Source: a bacterium (GTDB lineage: Bacteria > Hinthialibacterota > Hinthialibacteria > Hinthialibacterales > Hinthialibacteraceae). Taken from it: a stretch of 64,000 bases of DNA. Both the position numbers and the translations under genes were made by a program. Below are positions 31,111-42,000 of the stretch, piece after piece. The DNA lies in contig CAXXSM010000042.1 of assembly GCA_963663405.2 (NCBI GenBank), forward strand, positions 8,008-72,007, read 5' to 3'. Within the stretch, counting starts at the first letter, position 1. Each line of letters starts with the position of its first letter. The notes beneath the pieces are model-generated. The model was not told the DNA's origin. It saw only the letters and a program-made list of their open reading frames with translations, and ran no database searches.

Positions 31111-32115
31111 ATGTATTTACTAATCGTTATTATTGTATTATTTACTTCGTCAAACATGATGTTAACAAATGGTTATTGTGAAGAAGGCATGAATATTAAA
31201 ACATTTACTTCACAATCATCCGAGTATAATTATGGTATAATAGGATATAAGATATATAGTGATAAAAATAGGATTGTCACATATGGTAATACTCCTATAT
31301 GTATATGGGATTTTAATACTCAAGAATTGATTGAGTCGATATCGCCTAATGGATCGATTTCGTTCTTGGACATTACAGACAATGAGGAAATTATTGCTTA
31401 TGTCACACCGGGAGGCTATATATATTTTGTAGATATTGAACAAAAAATTACTCAACATTTTGCAAGTGTAGCAATCAGTCTAAGTTCAGGACCTAGATTA
31501 ATACAATTTATTGACAATGATTCTAAACTGATAATTGTATCTTGTAATAGAATATATATATTTGATGTTATGACGAAAGATTTGATAAAGGAACATATAT
31601 TAGAAAACGATGAAATACGAGCAACTGTATTCAATAATGGAAAATATATCTATCTTCATAATCAACGGGCAATATTAAAAATAGAAGATTTTAGTGTTGT
31701 GTATAAATTAGATGAAAATGAAAATCGAATGCCTTCATTGTATAACGATAGATTATACTCGCCAGAAGTTGTGCATGAAAAGAGCGAAAACAAAATAAAG
31801 TATACTTGTAAAGTATATAGAGATAAATTAGAAGAAAAAAAATATAATGAATTAAGCATAAAAAATAAACCTAAAATGACGAATACGTTCCATATATCTG
31901 ATGATTTTATTTATCATTTGTCTGGAAAAGTATCGAGAACAAAAGGCAAAGTACTGAATTTTGAGAAATATGATGCTAAAACAGGAGCATTATTATGCGA
32001 AGCTACTTATAAGAGAAATAGTGGCAGGCAATGTCAAAAATTCATTTATGATTATGAGATAGATTCGTTTGCCTTGTTCTACTACGACACACTCAAATTT
32101 ATTAAAATCGAATAG
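31111..32115 (+). CDS. Secreted WD40-like beta-propeller protein (ORF B, copy 1), AT-rich
   Basis: SD AAGGAG, hydrophobic N-terminus, ICIWDFNT, IYIFDV, YDAKTG blade-like motifs. Confidence 0.75.
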   Translation: MYLLIVIIVLFTSSNMMLTNGYCEEGMNIKTFTSQSSEYNYGIIGYKIYSDKNRIVTYGNTPICIWDFNTQELIESISPNGSISFLDITDNEEIIAYVTPGGYIYFVDIEQKITQHFASVAISLSSGPRLIQFIDNDSKLIIVSCNRIYIFDVMTKDLIKEHILENDEIRATVFNNGKYIYLHNQRAILKIEDFSVVYKLDENENRMPSLYNDRLYSPEVVHEKSENKIKYTCKVYRDKLEEKKYNELSIKNKPKMTNTFHISDDFIYHLSGKVSRTKGKVLNFEKYDAKTGALLCEATYKRNSGRQCQKFIYDYEIDSFALFYYDTLKFIKIE

Positions 32116-32135
32116 GATTTGTCAAGGAGACTATT

Positions 32136-32417
32136 ATGAATAGATTGATAAGCATCTTTATAATCACCATAACAATGCACGGCGTTTGCCATGCGCAAAG
32201 TCTGAAGGCTGAACTATACGATAACATCAAACAGCAAGTGCAATCGGGTGTATTTAACAGGCTTACGGATGAGGAACTAACCAATGTGAAGTGTGAAGCC
32301 ATGATTATTGGCGCGACAGTTGGAGATATACAAAAGATATCTCCTGCCCTGATCCAATGGACAACAACGGAAAGTCAATGGGTCGCTGATGAAGTTCTCA
32401 AGATACTAGAGAGTGAT
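32136..32417 (+). pseudogene. 5' fragment of secreted ORF C, truncated at the duplication junction
   Basis: Matches 34032-34313 up to ILESD, then reads into the antisense of the duplicated oxidoreductase 5' end. Confidence 0.85.
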
Positions 32418-32647
32418 AATAGGGTCATCGGATACGCCAAAATCAGTAACACGAGCATTCCCGTAATTCGTCTCATCATTATCTCCATTCCTGATTCATT
32501 GTTGTGTATTGGAACTGGAATAAAGCCCCATTTAATCGTAGTCATCAAAGCTACAATCAATCAAGGCTCGCAGTTTCAAAGCATTCGATCTCAAAAAGAT
32601 ATAGAAGCGGTTGTTTTATCTGTTTCCCAGCATCTTATCCCCTACAC

Positions 32648-33001
32648 ATGAAAATTGAAGGTGATATAAGTATCTTTGAAGCGGCATGGAAAACGGCGGA
32701 TGATGTTGGATGGATTGTTGTATGGAGATATATACGTCTGACTTCTGAAGATGGTACACCAAACCAAACATTTGTTATTAATAATCAGGTAAATTACGAA
32801 TTAGAAAGTCCTTCTGATATTATTTTTAATTCGCAAACAGCGGAAATATATCGTTTTGATTATGACATTAATCAGGGTACATCTAATCCAGAATATTCAC
32901 TCACAGAATTTATGAAGAAGTGTGATATAGCGAGAAATCTAGATGGAGATTTTGATATTCAGATAAACGAAGAACCGATTTTTATACGATTTAAACGATA
33001 A
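32648..33001 (+). CDS. Hypothetical protein / orphan fragment (ORF A, copy 2)
   Basis: ATG 32648 MKIEGDISIFEAAWK...IRFKR; no evident SD. Confidence 0.5.
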   Translation: MKIEGDISIFEAAWKTADDVGWIVVWRYIRLTSEDGTPNQTFVINNQVNYELESPSDIIFNSQTAEIYRFDYDINQGTSNPEYSLTEFMKKCDIARNLDGDFDIQINEEPIFIRFKR

Positions 33002-33013
33002 AGGAGAAAAGAG

Positions 33014-34021
33014 ATGTATTTACTAATCGTTATTATTGTATTATTTACTTCGTCAAACATGATGTTAACAAATGGTTATTGTGAAGAAGGCATGAATATT
33101 AAAACATTTACTTCACAATGTACAGATAATAATTTTGGTATTGCAGGCTACAAGATAAACAGCAAAAAAGACAAAATTGTCACATATGGTGTTACGCCAA
33201 TATGCATATGGGATTTTAACACACAGGAATTGATTGAGTCGATAGCGTCTAAAGGAGCAATAGGGCCCTTAGACGTCTCAGACGATGAAGAAAAGATCGC
33301 ATATTGTTCAAGTGGAGACATTTGGATAGTTGACATAAAACAAAAAACCACAAATTATTTTGCATGGGTTGGAGTCAGTCCAGGCTCAGGTATCAGATTA
33401 ATACAATTTATAGATGATGATTCTAAATTAATAATTGTTTCTTTGAATAGAATATATATATATGATGTTTCGACAAAAGAGTTGGTGAAAGAACATATAT
33501 TAGACGAGAGTGCAATACGAGCAACTGTATTTAATAATGGAAAATATATCTATCTTCATAATCAACGGGCGGTATTGAAAATAGAAGATTTTAGTGTTGT
33601 GTATAAATTGGAAGAGAATGATAATCGAATGCCTTCATTATATAACGATGGATTATACTCGCCGGAAGTTGTGCATGAAAAGAGCGAAAACAAAATAAAG
33701 TATACATGCAAAGTATATGGAGATAAATTAACAGAAATTAAAAATGAGATATCATTAAAGAATAAATAGGAAAACATAAGATCGGTATACGCAACAGAAC
33801 AGTATATTTATACCACTTCAAATTTAAAGAACAATGAAAAAGTATTTAAGAAATATGATAACGAAACAGGAAAATTGTTAGGCGAATATATATGTACAAA
33901 TTATGTACCAAAGAATTGTAGAAGTAGTCAAGTAAGGCTGAGTTATGATTATGATATAGATTCATTTGTCATAATATGCTACGACACAATAAAGTTCATT
34001 AAAATCGAACATGGTTCTTAA
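33014..34021 (+). pseudogene. ORF B copy 2 with an in-frame TAG at 33767-33769
   Basis: Past the TAG the same frame stays open to ...YDYDIDSFVIICYDTIKFIKIEHGS*, homologous to copy 1's YDYEIDSFALFYYDTLKFIKIE*. Confidence 0.8.
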
Positions 34022-34031
34022 GGAGACTATT

Positions 34032-35159
34032 ATGAATAGATTGATAAGCATCTTTATAATCACCATAACACTACATGGCGTTTGCCATGCGCAAAGTCTG
34101 AAGGCTGAACTATACGATAACATCAAACAGCAAGTGCAATCGGGTGTATTTAACAGGCTTACGGATGAGGAACTAACCAATGTGAAGTGTGAAGCCATGA
34201 TTATTGGCGCGACAATTGGAGATATACAAAAGATATCTCCTGCCTTGATTCAATGGACAACAACAGAAAGTCAATGGGTCTCAGATGAAGTTCTCAAGAT
34301 ACTTGAGAGTGATGAAACTGATATAAGCGAAGCAAAGTCAGATATAATACTCCCCCATGTCAAGCACCTCACAGCATACAAAACGGGTTTATGGTCCTCA
34401 CATAAACCCAGTGAAGAATTAGCAAAAATCATTGCGATGGAAGTGGTCAGCGCAATCCAGTATGCGAATCGTTCGGATATTGATTATCCTGATACGCAAG
34501 TAAGAGAACAGGCGAAAGAACAGATCACAGAATTCGCCTCCTATCTGAAATCTGGATTGTTGAATCAAACAGAAGATAGTATCCTGCAGGAAATTGTTGA
34601 TTATGAAATCGATCAGATGATTTCTGATATCCATTGGCGAGTCGACTCTCCATTTTTTCCATTTGGGAAGCGATTGTATGATCAGCAAGAATTGGATAAA
34701 ATGGTTGCGGAAGGTCTCGATATTGTATCAGGGATGCTGCACCCAGATGTTGTTGAACTGTATATTTTCGACAAAACACCTTCAATCGTTTTAGATCGGC
34801 ATTTCAAACGAATGCATGCGAAAGTCGTCATACACAAAGGATTCTCACCAATAATAAAGGCGTATAAACGCGGCAGAGAATATCACTACGGCCAGAACGA
34901 ATACGAAGAAATCAAGGGATTATTAAAAATAGTACAGAATCAAGAAAGAAGAGAAATGGGAATGCAGGAATTACCATATCTACTCTATTCAAGAATCAAA
35001 AATGTATCGGAGGAAAACCATGAAAAAAATCACCCGTCGCAGCGTTATGACAGCGGCGGGAGCCGGCGCCGCCGCGAGTGTTTTTCCCGTTCAGGCGCAG
35101 GATTCCCAATCCGATCTCTCAAAAGCGATTCAGTCTCTGCCGAATGTCTCCGGGCATGA
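34032..35159 (+). CDS. Secreted alpha-helical hypothetical protein (ORF C); 3' end overlaps the next gene, possibly truncated
   Basis: SD AAGGAG, signal peptide ending CHA-Q; the last ~45 codons lie inside the amidohydrolase gene in another frame. Confidence 0.6.
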   Translation: MNRLISIFIITITLHGVCHAQSLKAELYDNIKQQVQSGVFNRLTDEELTNVKCEAMIIGATIGDIQKISPALIQWTTTESQWVSDEVLKILESDETDISEAKSDIILPHVKHLTAYKTGLWSSHKPSEELAKIIAMEVVSAIQYANRSDIDYPDTQVREQAKEQITEFASYLKSGLLNQTEDSILQEIVDYEIDQMISDIHWRVDSPFFPFGKRLYDQQELDKMVAEGLDIVSGMLHPDVVELYIFDKTPSIVLDRHFKRMHAKVVIHKGFSPIIKAYKRGREYHYGQNEYEEIKGLLKIVQNQERREMGMQELPYLLYSRIKNVSEENHEKNHPSQRYDSGGSRRRRECFSRSGAGFPIRSLKSDSVSAECLRA

Positions 35160-36429
35160 ACATTGGGGGTCGATTGACGCGGTTGGGTGGAGCCAGTCTG
35201 GATACATCGCTGATTTAAAGACGGGTGTAGAGCCGGATAACGCTTCTTTGTTTGATATTTTATTCGATCCTTATTCAGGGATGGCGATTGGATCGGCTGG
35301 AATGGACCGGAACGCGGAGCCACGGCGGCGCGGCTATACAAACCATAAGGAATGGTTTCAAAAAGAGCCCAAACAAGCGTGGGATTCAGCTCGGCCGATT
35401 CTGCGCGATGTCCACTCGACGGGCTGGTTTTCTTGTTTAGCGGAAGGTTTTCGCGTTCTCTATAATGTGGATCTTATGCGGATCGTGGATAGTGATTCAC
35501 AGAACGTGGAGCCTATTCTCCAACTTGATGGCGCCGTCCAGCGACGTTACCGCAAACTGACGCAATGGTATAAAGAAGCCTATGAACTCACAGGCATTGA
35601 ATATATCCTGCGCCCCACGCAACTGGAATTCGGATTCCAGATCGAGAATCCCAAAGAACGGGAATTAATGGCGCCGTTGCTGCGTATCGATCAATTCTGC
35701 GAGTTTTATATTAACCGAACCGGCGCGATGGAATATTGCGTTGAGAAAACCGGTGTTGATCCAACCAACGCGGATGAGTTCCGCGAGTTTCTTGCGAAGG
35801 TGTTTCAAGCAGCGGATGAAGCCGGTTTTGTTGGCACAAAACAGTTACAAGCGTACCGGCGCCCACTCGATTTTATTCGCCCCAAAGATTCCGAAGTCTG
35901 TTTTGAACCTGCGAAAGACAGGGGAAAACGGCTTACCTTCGGGAATTTTGTCATGTATGAATGCGCGCAGCTGGCGGCGGAGCGGGATTGGCCGCATCAG
36001 ATTCACACCGGCACGCATAATCTTCCCGATTCCAATCCTCTTCCGCTCCGGCCTTTGATTAAAGCCTTTCCACGGGTGAAATTCGTGTTAATTCACTGCT
36101 GGCCATTTCAGAAAGAATCGGCGTTTCTCGCGAAATCGTACGCGAATGTCTTTATCGACACGTGTTGGACGCCAGTGTTGAATCTAGCGTATTTCAAAGA
36201 ATCACTGGAAACATATATCGGTTATCTTCCGGATACAAAAATGACGATCGGGCATGATTCAACATCGGTTGAAATGGCCGCCGGTTCACTCAGTCATTGC
36301 CGTGCGATTGCAGCGCGTGTACTTCAGGAAAGGATTGATGATCGGCAGCTGACCTATGAAGGGGCGCTGTCTTTGGCGAAGTGTTACTTTGCCGATTCAG
36401 CGCGGGCTTTGTATAAGATTTCTATTTGA
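35020..36429 (+). CDS. Amidohydrolase-2 / uronate isomerase-like metalloenzyme, Tat signal
   Basis: ITRRSV Tat motif, GHEH, QIHTG, FVLIHCWP, IDTCW; SD GGAGG. Confidence 0.8.
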   Translation: MKKITRRSVMTAAGAGAAASVFPVQAQDSQSDLSKAIQSLPNVSGHEHWGSIDAVGWSQSGYIADLKTGVEPDNASLFDILFDPYSGMAIGSAGMDRNAEPRRRGYTNHKEWFQKEPKQAWDSARPILRDVHSTGWFSCLAEGFRVLYNVDLMRIVDSDSQNVEPILQLDGAVQRRYRKLTQWYKEAYELTGIEYILRPTQLEFGFQIENPKERELMAPLLRIDQFCEFYINRTGAMEYCVEKTGVDPTNADEFREFLAKVFQAADEAGFVGTKQLQAYRRPLDFIRPKDSEVCFEPAKDRGKRLTFGNFVMYECAQLAAERDWPHQIHTGTHNLPDSNPLPLRPLIKAFPRVKFVLIHCWPFQKESAFLAKSYANVFIDTCWTPVLNLAYFKESLETYIGYLPDTKMTIGHDSTSVEMAAGSLSHCRAIAARVLQERIDDRQLTYEGALSLAKCYFADSARALYKISI

Positions 36430-36527
36430 ATTTGTGAGTGAACGCTTTTGGATAATTCATTTTAATTCATTCAGTCTTAGGACGTTTCCGTTAAACAATC
36501 CTTTCACTTTTTATGGACAATATTAAA

Positions 36528-38613
36528 CACCGATTTTCGCGAGAACCTCAACCGTCATAATTGAACTATAGTTTTTTCGCGGATTTTACTGCTTTTTCAA
36601 AGCGCAATGCGTATAAATCTTGGTACTTATATGACGGATATGTTTTCCACGATCTGAACATACTTTCTCCCATTTTTCCCGATTTCTCTTCTTCTCAGGT
36701 CAAAAATCTATGAATTTTCGTACTTTTCTACGTTTTTTTTCTTACCCCCCTTGCATTTACATCCTATTTCGCGGTATTATAACCTTCATAATTATACTAG
36801 GTATAATATCATGCGTGATGACCTGAAATCCTTCTTCCTGGCTCCGAAATCCCCCAAACACCGGCAGTACGAAGCCCTGCGCGCCTACATCCTTGACGAA
36901 ACGCCGGCCGCCGACGTGGCCCAACGCTTCGGATTCACCGAAAATTCGCTCTATGCCTTGGCTCACGATCTCCGCGCCGGAACGCTGGAATTTTTCCCCC
37001 AACGCTCTCCCGGACCAAAAGACCGCCGCGTGACTCCCTACATTCGCGAGCGGATTGTGGGATGGAGAAAAAATCAGTTGGCCGTGGCGGATATTACCGA
37101 ACGGCTCCGTGAGGAGAATATTGATATCAGCCCCAGCACAGTCGAACGAATCTTGAAAGACGCCGGCTTCGGCAAACTGCCCCGCCGGACAGCCGCTCAG
37201 CGAGGCCGGACGAAAAAAAATACACTTCTGGCGCAATCCGCTCAGAATCTGGAGTTCGAGGATCTCGAACCCTTTCATGAAGATTGCCAAATTGCGGGAC
37301 TTTTCGTGTTCCTCCCTTACATTATTGAATCGGGCCTTATGGATACGCTCGATTCGCTTCCCATCCCCGAATCCAAAGTCATTGGTAAAAAACAAGCGTT
37401 TTTAAGTTTTCTCGCCCTGAAATTGATGGGGGGCGAACGCTTCTGTCACGTGCGGCAATACGATCATGACGCGGGACTCGGTGTATTCGCCGGTCTCAAC
37501 CGGTTGCCCAAACCGACGTACATGGGAACGTACTCCTGCCTCGTTTCCGCCGGCCTGTGCCGTCAACTCCAGCAAGAAATGGTGACCCGCATGACGGCGT
37601 GGGATCCATCGTTTTTTTCGGCGGAAACGATCAATCTGGACTTTCATTCCATTCCTCATTTCGGCGAGAAATCCGAGATGGAGAAGGTCTGGTGTGGGGC
37701 GCGCAACAAGGCGCTGAAAGGCGCGAACACGTTTTTCGCTCAAGACGCGGAAACCAATGCTCTTTTGTATGCGAACGCGGATGTACTACGGAAAAACGGC
37801 TCGGAAGAAATTCTGAATTTTGTGGAGTATTTGAAAGATATTCGAGGCGTGGTCCGCGAGACCCTGGTGTTCGATTCCCGCTTAACCACATACAACATTT
37901 TAGGCCAATTGGACCAGGCCAATATCAAATTTATTACGCTGCGATCCCGCTGTCAAAGCTTGATCCAACAGACGGAAGCCTTGCCGGATTCGAGTTGGAT
38001 GAAAGTTAAACTCCCCATCCCCAAGCGGAAACACCATACTTTCCTGGCTCACGAAAGTGAGGTCACGTTGAAACCCTGCCCGAAGCCGTTCCGGCAGATC
38101 ATTATGAAAGATCATGGGCGGGATCAACCCACTTATGTCATCACCAACAACCGGGATTTGGATCTGGTTGAGGTACTCGCCATCTACGCGCGCCGGTGGC
38201 GGATTGAGAATAAACTGGCCGAATTAGTCGATTTTTTTCACATCAACGCGCTCTCTTCACCGATCATGATCCGGATCTATTTCGATCTCTTGTTGAGTGT
38301 GGTGGCCAGTTTTTTCTACCGGCGATTGGCGCAGGATTTGCCCCGGTTTGAGAACCATTTGGCGCCGGATATTTTCCGAAATTTTATCGATATGCCAGGA
38401 AAGGTCCGTTTCGACGGGCAAAATTTTGAGGTGCGCATCCGCAAGCGGGCTCATACGCCCATCTTGCTTGGAATCAAGAAACTGCAGAAACCATTTGAAA
38501 TTCCCTGGCTGGAAGGAAGGCGCATGCGGATACGATATACGCCTTGATCCCGCCTTATACCCGCCCAAATCTTGGTCTAATTATGACGGTTCCGCACCCC
38601 GCGAAAATCGGTG
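36528..38613 (+). mobile_element. Complete insertion sequence, 2086 bp, DDE type (IS4 superfamily; IS1634/IS1380-like)
   Basis: Imperfect ~35-bp TIRs CACCGATTTTCGCG..AACCGTCATAATT at both ends; 5-bp TSD TTAAA (36523-27 and 38614-18). Confidence 0.92.
36811..38547 (+). CDS. DDE transposase with N-terminal HTH domains
   Basis: ADVAQRFGF and ISPSTVERILK HTH segments; INLDFH, LVFDS and YARRWRIEN catalytic motifs. Confidence 0.9.
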   Translation: MRDDLKSFFLAPKSPKHRQYEALRAYILDETPAADVAQRFGFTENSLYALAHDLRAGTLEFFPQRSPGPKDRRVTPYIRERIVGWRKNQLAVADITERLREENIDISPSTVERILKDAGFGKLPRRTAAQRGRTKKNTLLAQSAQNLEFEDLEPFHEDCQIAGLFVFLPYIIESGLMDTLDSLPIPESKVIGKKQAFLSFLALKLMGGERFCHVRQYDHDAGLGVFAGLNRLPKPTYMGTYSCLVSAGLCRQLQQEMVTRMTAWDPSFFSAETINLDFHSIPHFGEKSEMEKVWCGARNKALKGANTFFAQDAETNALLYANADVLRKNGSEEILNFVEYLKDIRGVVRETLVFDSRLTTYNILGQLDQANIKFITLRSRCQSLIQQTEALPDSSWMKVKLPIPKRKHHTFLAHESEVTLKPCPKPFRQIIMKDHGRDQPTYVITNNRDLDLVEVLAIYARRWRIENKLAELVDFFHINALSSPIMIRIYFDLLLSVVASFFYRRLAQDLPRFENHLAPDIFRNFIDMPGKVRFDGQNFEVRIRKRAHTPILLGIKKLQKPFEIPWLEGRRMRIRYTP

Positions 38614-38642
38614 TTAAAGCCCAATACTGCTATGCGGGATTC

Positions 38643-38748
38643 TTCATTGTCTGAACCTTGATTTACTTGATTCGCATGATTTTCATGATTTTTAATCATG
38701 GTAATCATATAATCCTTTGAATCAGGGTTCAGACGGTTAAGTCATCCT
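38643..38748. repeat. Palindromic intergenic element, copy 2 (no insert)
   Basis: GTCTGAACCTTGATT...AATCAGGGTTCAGAC with periodic TGATT/AATCA units. Confidence 0.75.
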
Positions 38749-39038
38749 GCAATAAGAGCGGAATTATACGAAAAATTTTTATACTCAATTACCCGGATGA
38801 ACCTTAAATTCTCTTCTTACTTTTTCACTTTCCCTAGTCAAATCCGGTTGGCGGCTCCTATAATGTATCTTAAATATCCTTTTCTAATTTCTTTCCCGGT
38901 TGAGGGTTTGGCTGCGGCCGGATCCGGTTCCATACGAATCGTTATCGTGTAGCGGCAGAATCGTTGAAAGCATATTTATGCTTTTCACGAAGCGTTGTTT
39001 GGATTGTGATTTATCATCTTGTAAGAAAGGTAGTCTTT

Positions 39039-42000
39039 ATGTCTATTCGAACGGTATGTGCGCTCTTCTGTTTCATCGTTGTCAGCGTTCTTTCATCCAC
39101 GGGCTTCGCGGAGGAAAAACCGGCCACGGTTGAGATCAAAAAATCTACGGCGGATGTCAAAGACGTGACAGTGGAAGTGAAGATCATTCAACAGGAAGTG
39201 AAGAAGGAAAGCGAAGGGAAAAAAGAGAAATCAACTCCCGCGCAGAAAAAAGCCTCTCCCGCCCAACAGCAGATCGAAGAACTCACGATCAATAACTACG
39301 GTTTTCAGGCGATTTTCATCAATTCCAACGTCAGGATCAGCGGGAATACAATTGAAGGGGAAATTAGTAAAGGCGCAGGAGAGGAAGCGGAGGAAGCGGA
39401 AGAAACACCTTCCGGCGCCCGTGCTCCTTCCCAGCCTAGAGAGCGGCCGAAAAAACCTGGCAAATTTGAAGAAACCATCAAAGACGCGACCAAGGCGGAA
39501 GGCCTGATCACAATCTACACTGATGAAAAGAACAAGAAAGTGTTCTGGGAAATCGCGCCCACGCAATTGGAGAAAGAACTGCTGATCACCGGTGTTATGG
39601 AATCCGGCGCCGGCGCGGGATGGGCGAAACCCGGCGCCTATTTATGGGGATACTCTGGAAAGATATTTGTGCTGGAAGAAATACAGAACACGATCCGTCT
39701 CGTTCAACGCAATACCCGCTTCACCGCGCCCAGCGATTCAACCGAAAAAGCCGCCGTTGAAAAGAATTACAGTGACTCTATTGTCGCCGCGTTTCCAGTG
39801 GCGGCCACCAATCCGGAAGATGGGGGCTATCTGGTCGATGTGACGAATTTCCTTCTCTCTGATTTCTTCCAAATCGGGGATGAACTGCGCGATTCTCTTG
39901 GCAGTGGCTATGGCCTGGATCGGCAGAACTGCTACGTCATCGAATGCAAAGCGTTCCCGAAAAACATTATCACCCGGATCAAGTATGCGTTTCGTTCCGG
40001 GCTCTCCTCCGGGAATATCGCTCTGCCCGATGGGCGCAGTGTGCAGATTGGGGCGTTGATTGATATCCGTCTCCTTTCAGAAAATCCTGATTTTGAAACA
40101 CGAGTCGCAGATCGGCGGATCGGGCATTTCATAGAAGCGCAAATCGATTTTGGTGAGAGAGCGGAACGGCCTACGCGGTTCGTGCGCAATATCGCCCGGT
40201 GGGATATCCGGAAAGCGAGTCCGGAGTTGGAATTGTCGCCACCCAATAAAGAGATCGTTTTCTGGATAGAAAACACTGTGCCGGAGAAATATCGTGATCC
40301 CATCCGGCGGGGAGTGATGGAGTGGAACAAAGCGTTCCGGAAAATCGGGATCAAAGATCCGATTGTTGTGAAAGATCAACCGGATGACGCGCAATGGGAT
40401 ATCTACGACGCCCGGTATAACACGATTCATTGGAACACTTCTCACAGTCTCGCGTACAGCGCCGTGGCGCAATATATCACCAATCCACGCACCGGTGAGA
40501 TTATGAACGGCTGCTTCCTATTAGAGGCGGAGAACCTTCGCAGTCTTCACCTGCTTAGAAAATTGAATGAACCCAACCGGATGGAACTTTTGCGGGAACG
40601 TCTATCCGGCAAACCACCAAAGGGATTCAATCAACATACTTGTGATTATTCCGATGGATTGACAGATCACGCGATTTTTGTTCTCACCGCGCTGGCGGCT
40701 GAGAAAGGTGTGGATTGCGCTTCGGGGGAATTTATCGACAAATTCGTGGATGATTGCCTGTTTGCTCTTGCTGTGCATGAATTCGGTCATGTGCTCGGAT
40801 TCCGGCACAATTTTGAAGCGAGCACGCTTCTCCCCCTCGATCAGCTTCACAACAAACAAATCACGTCGGAGAAGAGCATCACATCCAGCGTGATGGAATA
40901 TCTGCCGGTTAATTTCGCGCCGGAAGGTGTCGAACAGGGGTATTATTTCGAACCCACAATAGGGCCATACGATTATCTTGTAGTTGAATACGCCTACGCC
41001 ACGATTCAACCCGCGACCGGTGAGACGGAACGTGATGTTCTCAATGCAATCGGGGAAAAAGGTGAACAGCGGGAATACGCCTACAGCACGGATGAAGACC
41101 TTTATGGCTATGGCGCTCCGGGAATCGATCCTCTCGCCAACCGGTACGATCTCGGAAACGATCCACTCCTATGGGGGAAACAGCAAGCGCAAAAGGCGCT
41201 CGATACGATTCCCAAACTGCCAAACCTGATAAAAGAAGGCGATAGTTACGATAAAGTACGGATCGGCTTCAACTATATGCTGTCGAATTATTTCAACTCA
41301 GCGGAATTTGCGCTGAAATTTCTTGGCGGGCAGTATGTCAATCCTGTCATCAAAGGCGGTCCGCAGGATCCGCCGCCCCTAAAACCAGTCTCGGCGGTAA
41401 AACAGCGGGAAGCGTTGAATTTCCTGGTTGAAGAATTGATGTCTGACAAGGTCTTCCAATTCGATCCGGAATTATTGCAGATGCTGGCTGGAGAACGGTG
41501 GATGCATTGGGGAGCGAGTATTCCCGGCCCCGCGCATGAATATACGTTAACGGACATCGCCGCTGATTTTTACGATCAGCTGCTCTACATCATCTTCTCA
41601 CCAGTTATCACACAGCGGATCATTGAAGCGGAAAATCTGCGTCCACCGGAGGAAGTGAAATTCAGTGTTCCCGAAGTATTCAAAACGGTCGCAGATGAAG
41701 TCTGGCGGGAGATCGAGCCGTTAACAAAAGAGAAATTAGAGACTCCAATCGAAGGCGCTCCCTTCTCGAATAAGAAACCGCTCATCTCCACCTACCGGCG
41801 GATGCTTCAGCGGCAGCATGTCAAGCGGATGACCGCCATCATGCTCCAACCTTCATACAACATGCCGGCCGACGCTTGTACCCAAGCCTGGCGCACGTTG
41901 CGAAACTTGGAGAAAGACCTGAAAGCGATCGTCCCATTCATTGAAGAAGCCGATTGGATCGACGCCAATTCCCGCGATCATTTAGCGGAAACGCTTGTTA

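Larger units (their letters stand above)
30515..34313 (+). repeat. Tandem duplication, units about 30515-32417 and 32418-34313
   Basis: 30515-31216 nearly identical to 32418-33119 (offset 1903); 32136-32417 nearly identical to 34032-34313. Confidence 0.92.

Noticed and set aside
32136-32651. 171-aa ORF as a genuine protein
   Set aside because: Chimera created by the duplication junction; the second half is antisense oxidoreductase leader sequence
16005-33769. Genome-wide TAG reassignment
   Set aside because: rffA ends in TAG at the expected family length, and other genes also terminate with TAG
31111-34021. Diversity-generating retroelement TR/VR pair
   Set aside because: Differences are not adenine-specific, include many synonymous changes, and no reverse transcriptase is in the window
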